Source: Oopsacas minuta
Taxonomy: Eukaryota > Animalia > Porifera
Direction: 5' to 3'
DNA length: 64,000 nt
Assembly: GCA_024704765.1 (NCBI GenBank)
Contig: JAKMXF010000308.1
Span: 124,001-188,000, forward strand
The position numbers were made by a program, and so were the translations under genes. The notes below the pieces were generated by a model. It was not told where the DNA came from. It made no database searches and worked only from the letters and a program-made list of their open reading frames with translations. Below, in pieces: positions 57,703-64,000 of this stretch. Each line of letters opens with the position of its first letter. Position 1 is the first letter of the stretch.

Positions 57703-58650
57703 CAGAGGTGCAAATGGGTCATACAAAGTGACCCATGACCCACATGACCCATCGAAGACGTAACCTATGACTCATACGACCCATGGGTCATGACCCATTG
57801 ATTATCTAGTGACCTATCTTGACCCATTAACTTTTGAAACACAACATAGTTTAATACTAAGAGATTCATGTTCCTTGGATTAGAATAACTAGAATTCATA
57901 GGCGCAGCCAGGGTTTGGATTGGGGGTCCTGAACGAGCGAAGGAGTCAATAAAGTGGTCTGGGGGCATCGCCACAGCGATTAAAAAAAATTACATTTAGC
58001 AAAAGACTGATTTGCGGTATGGGAAACTCTATTGCCGTAATCTCTACCAATTAACAAACAAAACACACTAAGTACCATTTCCATAATCCTACTAGGCTAT
58101 TGATTGGCCTATTTATGTTTATTCAACAGTATAATTCAATTTATAAAATGAAATTGATGTGGCGTGAAGATGTTGTGGCAAATCGTTGTGCAAAAGATGG
58201 GATAGCATAATAAACATGATACTTAACAGAAGGTAATCAAATACTATTAAGTAGAACCTATGTAGTATGTTTTTGAGGTACTTTTGAAACAAGAGTAGTC
58301 CTCTGTCTTATTGCTAATGAAAAAATAATCAGTCTGACAGATTGGGGGGTCCTAGGACCCCCCTCCCTACGCCACTGCTAGAAGTGTGTTGAAAATCAAT
58401 TGCAATTCAATTTTTAGCATTATTACATTCTTGACAATAATATTACCGTGACATAACATAATTGTTGATAATACTAGTACCTTTTAAACATTTATGTGTA
58501 TCAAATCGCATATAACTTCGCTGTATTTTTCCAAATACACAAAATGCATATAAGTACTGGTGGGTCATGACGCATCAAGCATGACCCATGACCCATCGAC
58601 CCATCTGGAAAAAGTAACCCATCTGACCCATTGACCCATTTGCAGCTCTG
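57703..58650. mobile_element. Non-autonomous hAT-type element with GACCCAT subterminal arrays
   Basis: TIRs cagaggtgcaaatgggtca / cagagctgcaaatgggtca (18/19), TSD gtggtaac / ttggtaac (7/8), multiple (t)gacccat repeats at both ends. Confidence 0.88.
57897..58377. mobile_element. 481-bp hAT-like MITE nested in the GACCCAT element
   Basis: Ends cataggcgcagccaggg / rc cagtggcgtagggaggg; flanks ctagaatt / ctagaagt (7/8 TSD); ggggtcct motifs near both ends. Confidence 0.7.
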
Positions 58651-59701
58651 TTGGTAACCCATGAGTTTAAAATTATTTTCAAACAAGGGGGAATTTAGGA
58701 AAATTTCTAGTTTCCTATATGAAATTCCACCCTAATCTATTGAAGCATATCAAAATAAGTTGTGAAACGATGTATTTACTCACAAACTGACAATTCCAAT
58801 CAATACCTAGCAGTGTTGCAGCGGTCCGGGAATTTCATGGACCGGACCAGATCGTCATTGTTATTTCTGGACGGTCCGTACCAGTCTAGACCGATAGCAT
58901 AAACCTGATCAATTCGTGTTCAGACACCCTAAGGTTTTTGGCAAGTTTTGGCGGAACATTAGCCTCAACACATGTCCGAAAAAGCGTGACATTTGTATAT
59001 TGGCTCAGCATTAAATGGTTGGCTATCTATATAGTATATATTTCAGCCATCTATGTGGTCCGGTTAACTACCATTTGCAGTATTTCAAAATTAAGCTAGG
59101 ATTATGCTTCAACTGCTAGTCAGGGGTAATCGACAATGTAGATTTTAAATTTCACATTTTAAATCTATACATATTATCACATAGTGCATATGATTTAAAT
59201 TGATAGGATTTCGTTTAACGTTGTTTGGGTAATTGAGTATGTAGATTTAGATACCAATTTTGACATTTTCTAATCTCTCACTCAGTGATTAATCATATGA
59301 AACTATGATTAATCACTGAGTGTCTTATTTTCACACCTTTTTCACCTATTTTCAAATTGATGTTAGAGATTTTGCTTCAATGTTAGACAGGGCAATTGCA
59401 GGATAATTAATCGGAATCTTATCCATATAATTTGAGGATATAACATGAAGTAACAGTTACGGGCTAATAATATTGACTATCCTGAAATATTTCTCAGATC
59501 CAGGAGCCCAAAATCAGTCAGGGGCTGGTGCATTGATGTATTTACGCGGGGGTTAGGGGTGTTACCCCCCTGAATGAACGAAAACAAATAACCCTGAGCT
59601 GCACTACCATCTGTTGGCTGGATATTTATTTATGAGATAGGACTCTTGTTACATTATGCTTGTACAATAGATATTTAAGAGATTTTGAATTGATGTATTA
59701 G

Positions 59702-60919
59702 TTAACAGTAAATGTGTAATGCAAACTTAGTAAAACTAGAACTACAAATGATTTTGTTATCAATGGTAACTATAATGCTAATAGGTTTGATTCTCTTGTC
59801 CACTTCCTGAGTATCTCCAAATGTGTATGGCAGAGCTCCTTCTGGTGAGAACACTTTAATGTTACAAGCAGAATTGTCGCCCATGATGATGTTCTGTTTC
59901 TTATCGAAAAAGAATGAATAACATCGTATAATTTTTCATTACCCTGCTGACTACATGAAATAAATGAATGAAGCTTTTCACCAGTAAAATTGAATACATG
60001 AAGGCACGGATTATCATCACGGCTCAGAACGTAAACCTTATTGTCCAGTAATTTGACGTCACATGGTTCCGTCATGGTACTGTGTGTGATGTAATGTTTA
60101 TGTTTAGATTAGCTGTCATAACAACAACTCTGTTGTTATTACTATCAGTGACAAATACCTCCTTATAAGGAGTTATGGTGAGGCTATAAGGATGATTGAA
60201 CTCTCCTATACCAGATCCTTCCTTTCCTAATTTAGTTATTAATTTGAATTTTGATATTTTAAACCGGAATATGGAATGAAACCCTATATCACTGACATAA
60301 ATATCCTCACCACTTATTGCTATTCCTGATGGTGCACTAACATGTCCCTCAAGAATGTATCAAAATGTTCTCCTGCGATAGGGAATATATGGATACTACC
60401 TGAAATGAATGCAGCTGCTATGTATATATGCTGAGATGTCTCATCATAAGCTATACGTCTAACATAGCCTAACTTCCCTACTGATATTGAAGGCTGTAGG
60501 AGTGCTGAGTAATTCGGCGTGGGGATGATGTCTCTCTCTACCAGTTTTCCCAAACCGGAGATAGCTTCCTCCAGCTCTTGAGTGTTGCACTCATACAGCA
60601 CCTCTGTTTCTTTAACTGCAGCCTCTAGTTGCCCCATTTTTGTCTCGATCTCTTTGATTAAGTTTTGCCTCATGGATTAGAGCATGTTCTGCTTCATATC
60701 TGTCTGGAGATTAGCTTTTGAGTTGGACAGCTCTTCTAGAGTAGTAATGCTGTTGGTCTTTGCAGTTCGTCTGTCCTCCTGTCTCTGTCTGAACTCAGTG
60801 ATGAGTTGTACTCGTCTATTGGTGAGACAGAGTACCAGACGGTCGAATGTCTGGTTAATACGAGCCTCTGTCGGGTCCATGACTAGAGGAACTTCTATTT
60901 CTGGATACCTTTCAGCCAT
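59702..60919 (-). pseudogene. Coiled-coil plus NHL repeat pseudogene
   Basis: Continuous homology to NHL proteins (MAERYPEIEVP.., SAPSGIAI, EFNHPYSLTI..VTDSNNNRVVV, CDVKL, NIKVFSPEG), broken by an in-frame TAA at 60677-79 and frameshifts near 60345, 60090 and 59900. Confidence 0.85.
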
Positions 60920-61329
60920 TTGTTCGATTCATTTTGTGATTTGTGTAGAATTGGTTGAGTAGGTAATTGCATTACTTATAGAAGAGTTAGGAGCTGTATA
61001 GCTGGTACAGTCACGTGTGTAATAGAATACAAATTAACTGCATTCGTGTCTGTAAGCAAATTTTATGAAAGTTCTCTCACAAGATTGAAAATTATTACCT
61101 GTATTTTGTAATAGTTCATTAGTTCATACAGATTATTTCAATATTTTGACCTCATGCTTACAAACTATTGAATTATTTATTCCTACATACATCTAGAAAG
61201 AACAATTTAGCCAGCCCTTACGGATATTGCTTCTAGAATAGAGTGACATATTCTAAAGCAAACCCAATTTATGAGGAGAACAAGTCTCCTTGCTTGTTGT
61301 GCGGAAAGGCTTGTTAACACTTCGCGTCC

Positions 61330-61396
61330 GCACAAACAGACCAACAATTTAGTAGGAGGCACAGTGCATCCTACTAAATTGTTGGTCTGTTTGTGC
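61330..61396. repeat. Perfect 28-bp inverted repeat with 11-nt spacer
   Basis: gcacaaacagaccaacaatttagtagga (61330-57) is the exact reverse complement of tcctactaaattgttggtctgtttgtgc (61369-96). Confidence 0.95.
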
Positions 61397-61441
61397 TGTT
61401 TGGGCATCACAGTAAGCATTTAGGTGGAAATAGGCTTGATA

Positions 61442-62110
61442 CGAGGGAACTCGGAAAGTTTTTAGCCACATAAAAAGTATACAAGATATTGAATTAATAT
61501 TATATCTTCTCAAAGTATTCCCATCTAGCTTGTATACACTTTTTCATCCTTTCACACCACTTTTCTATCATGTTACACCACTGAAATTTGGTTAGGGTTT
61601 CAAGGTGTTCTTTATAGATGTCGGCAGCTTCACTAGGAGATGAAAAACGGGAACCACGCATAAGATCTTTGACCTTTGCGAATACAAAGAAGTACAAAGA
61701 ACTAGCCTTGCACCCTGTAGGGTGCAAAGCCAGGAGAATATGGCGGATGGCCAAGCATTTGAATGGGTTTGTCGGCAAGGAAGTCTCTGGTTGCACCTGC
61801 TGTGTGAGAGCTTGAATTATCGTGATGCAAAATAACCCTCTAAGTCCTGACTTCGGACGCTGTTCACAGAGGTTTTCAAAGACTTCTGGAAGGCAAACTG
61901 TACAATACCATTTAGCAGTTACTGTTCTTTGTTCTGTCAACATTACTGTTGCTACATGACCTCTTTTACCAACAAAAGTGATAACCATGTGTTTCCCAGT
62001 TGCACGCGCACGCACCACCTTTGTTGGGGCATCCTCGCCAGGAAACACCCAAACCTGAGATTGTGTCTTTTTCTCAGGCTCATAAGAAATTTTCCAACCC
62101 CTCCAATTTT
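61442..62110 (-). mobile_element. Decayed, 5'-truncated mariner (DD34D-like) element
   Basis: TA plus cgaggg.. mariner-type TIR at 61442. Frameshifted transposase motifs YEPEKKTQSQVWVFPGEDAPTKV, KRGHVATV..RTVTAKWY, HHDNSSSH, HPPYSP, GSRFSS..W..RMKKCIQARWEYFEK. Matching second TIR not found; distal boundary approximate. Confidence 0.8.
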
Positions 62111-64000
62111 CACCCCAAAATTCCTGGACACTATGTTATTTTCCAAGTTATGTATAAAACTATAAATGGAGGTTTAATTTTGTAAAGATATAACGTGAAA
62201 CCTCATTTAACATTGTTGCAGCTCGTATTTATAGCTAATTCTAAGAATTTTAATTTCTTTTTGTTCAAAATAATAATATCGAGAATCCTGTACATTTGTA
62301 TAAAATCTTGGAGGCAGAGGGATGTTGGCGAAAATCCTGCATAATGGTCACCCTAAAATAGCGTGAAATTTCATTTAACATGGTTGCCTCTCGTGTTGAT
62401 AGCCAGTTTAATAAGTTCCTGTATATTTTTCGGAAAGTGAAAGGCATAGCTATGTGAAAGCGAGAGCTTAAATTATCTGCATGCAGGCTCTAAAATGAGT
62501 TATGATGTGTAGCGCTCGTACTTTGGGTAAATTCGATTGTTAAGGCTTTCATTGCTAATCACATAATGTTAATGCGTACATGAGGAATTTAGTGTATGCT
62601 AGATCCAAGGGCTGATGTTATAAAGAAAGTGGTTTCCAATGTTTCAGTGATGCCAATCATATTCCCAAATTTCGTTGCCCAGTTGAATGATGATGCCTTT
62701 GCGACTCAACATTTCACAACTTCATAATCGTCATTGAAAAGCACTAATAGTTGATGGAGCTTTAAAATATTTGTAAATTCACCGGGAAATATCTCACAAT
62801 TATTTCTGACGTTATTTATACGTTCCAAAAACTTGGGATACACTTGTGTTAAAGGGTGTGGTCCTTTCTTCCTCATTACTCCCCTGTTTTTATCTGAGTA
62901 TTAACTGAGAGTGCTCCACAGTGACTTCACCATAGGCTTTAGAGCAATTTTTCATCATCCCATAAGCTTTCGAAAGTTACCATTAAATTTAGCATAGTCT
63001 GAAACCTGGGAATCATAATTTTCTTGAGAAAATTCCTATTACTTTGTAATCAAGTGTCATGCTTAGTCGATGGCTATAATTGGATTCATTATTCACCTCT
63101 ATTTTATAATTATACATAAGCATAAAATTCTCGCTATCAAATAATAATCATGAGAATGACAGCTCCAAGTTTTAACCTATTATTAGTTCAGAAAATAATC
63201 TTCTCAATTATGATAAGACTAAGCATTTTACTTTGTATATTTTCTCCATGGTTTAGTTAATTTTGACGTCACATAATGTGTCCGGACACATAATACCTTG
63301 GTCTAATTACCCCTCAAGCTCACTGTGGCCAGTCGTGGCCAGGTAATTTCTGGTTTTAGGGTGATTTGTCATAATATTATCTATAACTTAGAACTAAATC
63401 CAACCTCCCCCAAATGAACACCAAGCATTTTAAATAGACCGACCCGTTAATTTTTAAGAATTTCAGAATTTAATAACCTGTGCCCCATCAGTAGAGGCGT
63501 GCTAGCGCCGTCACTGAGCACCTAACTATGATTAAGGAACACAAATTTGAAAATCCATTCAATTCTTCTGGATCGCTGACAGAAATAAATAGTACGGGGA
63601 AATTTTGGAAGCTGATATAGAGCATGCATGAGCTTTGGGGTCTTGGGTACATTTAAAGTGCATAAAATGTATTATGTATCTATGGGTTATTGCATATAAC
63701 TAGTTGATTGACAGCAAAATATTTTTGCTATGGCTTCTATTTTTTTGAGTTATGATGACGTAATCACAATTTGCGATACATGTAAACCAGCGTAAATCTA
63801 TTTAGGTTGGAGTTAGGGGTAACTATATATTATTTACTTATGGGTTAATCACTATTTACAGTAGATTGACCAGATTTAGTATTTAATTTGGCTTCTATTT
63901 TTCTTGTTATGATGACGTAAGCAAATTTCTATAAGTTAAGTTCCGGAAATATCTGTGTTGTTTGAGTTATTTAGATAAAGTGTTCACACTAAAATCATTT

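Noticed and set aside
57703-58650. Possible CRISPR-like or satellite array (GACCCAT repeats)
   Set aside because: The repeats are 7 bp, irregularly spaced and confined to the ends of a TIR/TSD-bounded element; there are no spacers of constant length and no cas genes.
61227-61440. SL RNA or snRNA gene at the hairpin cluster
   Set aside because: No convincing Sm site (RAU4-6GR) or leader-plus-donor arrangement on either strand; kept only as an unexplained structured region.
62194-63100. Imperfect 45-bp direct repeat (62194, 62362) and a weakly coding-like minus-strand stretch at 62650-62870
   Set aside because: No recognisable domain or element boundary; too degenerate to call.

Overview
AT-rich, compact, intron-poor eukaryotic (animal) genomic DNA, not prokaryotic: no CRISPR array, rRNA or tRNA was recognised. 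Gene content (HS6ST, sarcoglycan, Hv1, CHERP, U1-C, several NHL-repeat genes) and the near-absence of introns suggest an early-branching animal such as a glass sponge (Hexactinellida); this is an inference, not a database result. The window holds 17 apparently intact host genes and one NHL pseudogene. Four genes are spliced, and their GT-AG junctions were reconstructed by hand with consistent reading frames. Mobile DNA includes an intact hAT transposon (16-bp TIRs, perfect 8-bp TSD), a three-level nest (DD41D Tc1/mariner > hAT derivative > pogo-like MITE), a hAT-in-hAT nest, a decayed mariner and many MITEs. The most striking pattern is organisational. All 14 host genes from 19 to 61 kb are on the minus strand, and 16 of 18 genes have a splice-acceptor-like T-rich tract plus AG 0-48 nt before the ATG. 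This points to spliced-leader trans-splicing and possibly operon-like polycistronic transcription; 5'-UTR cis-introns are the main alternative.
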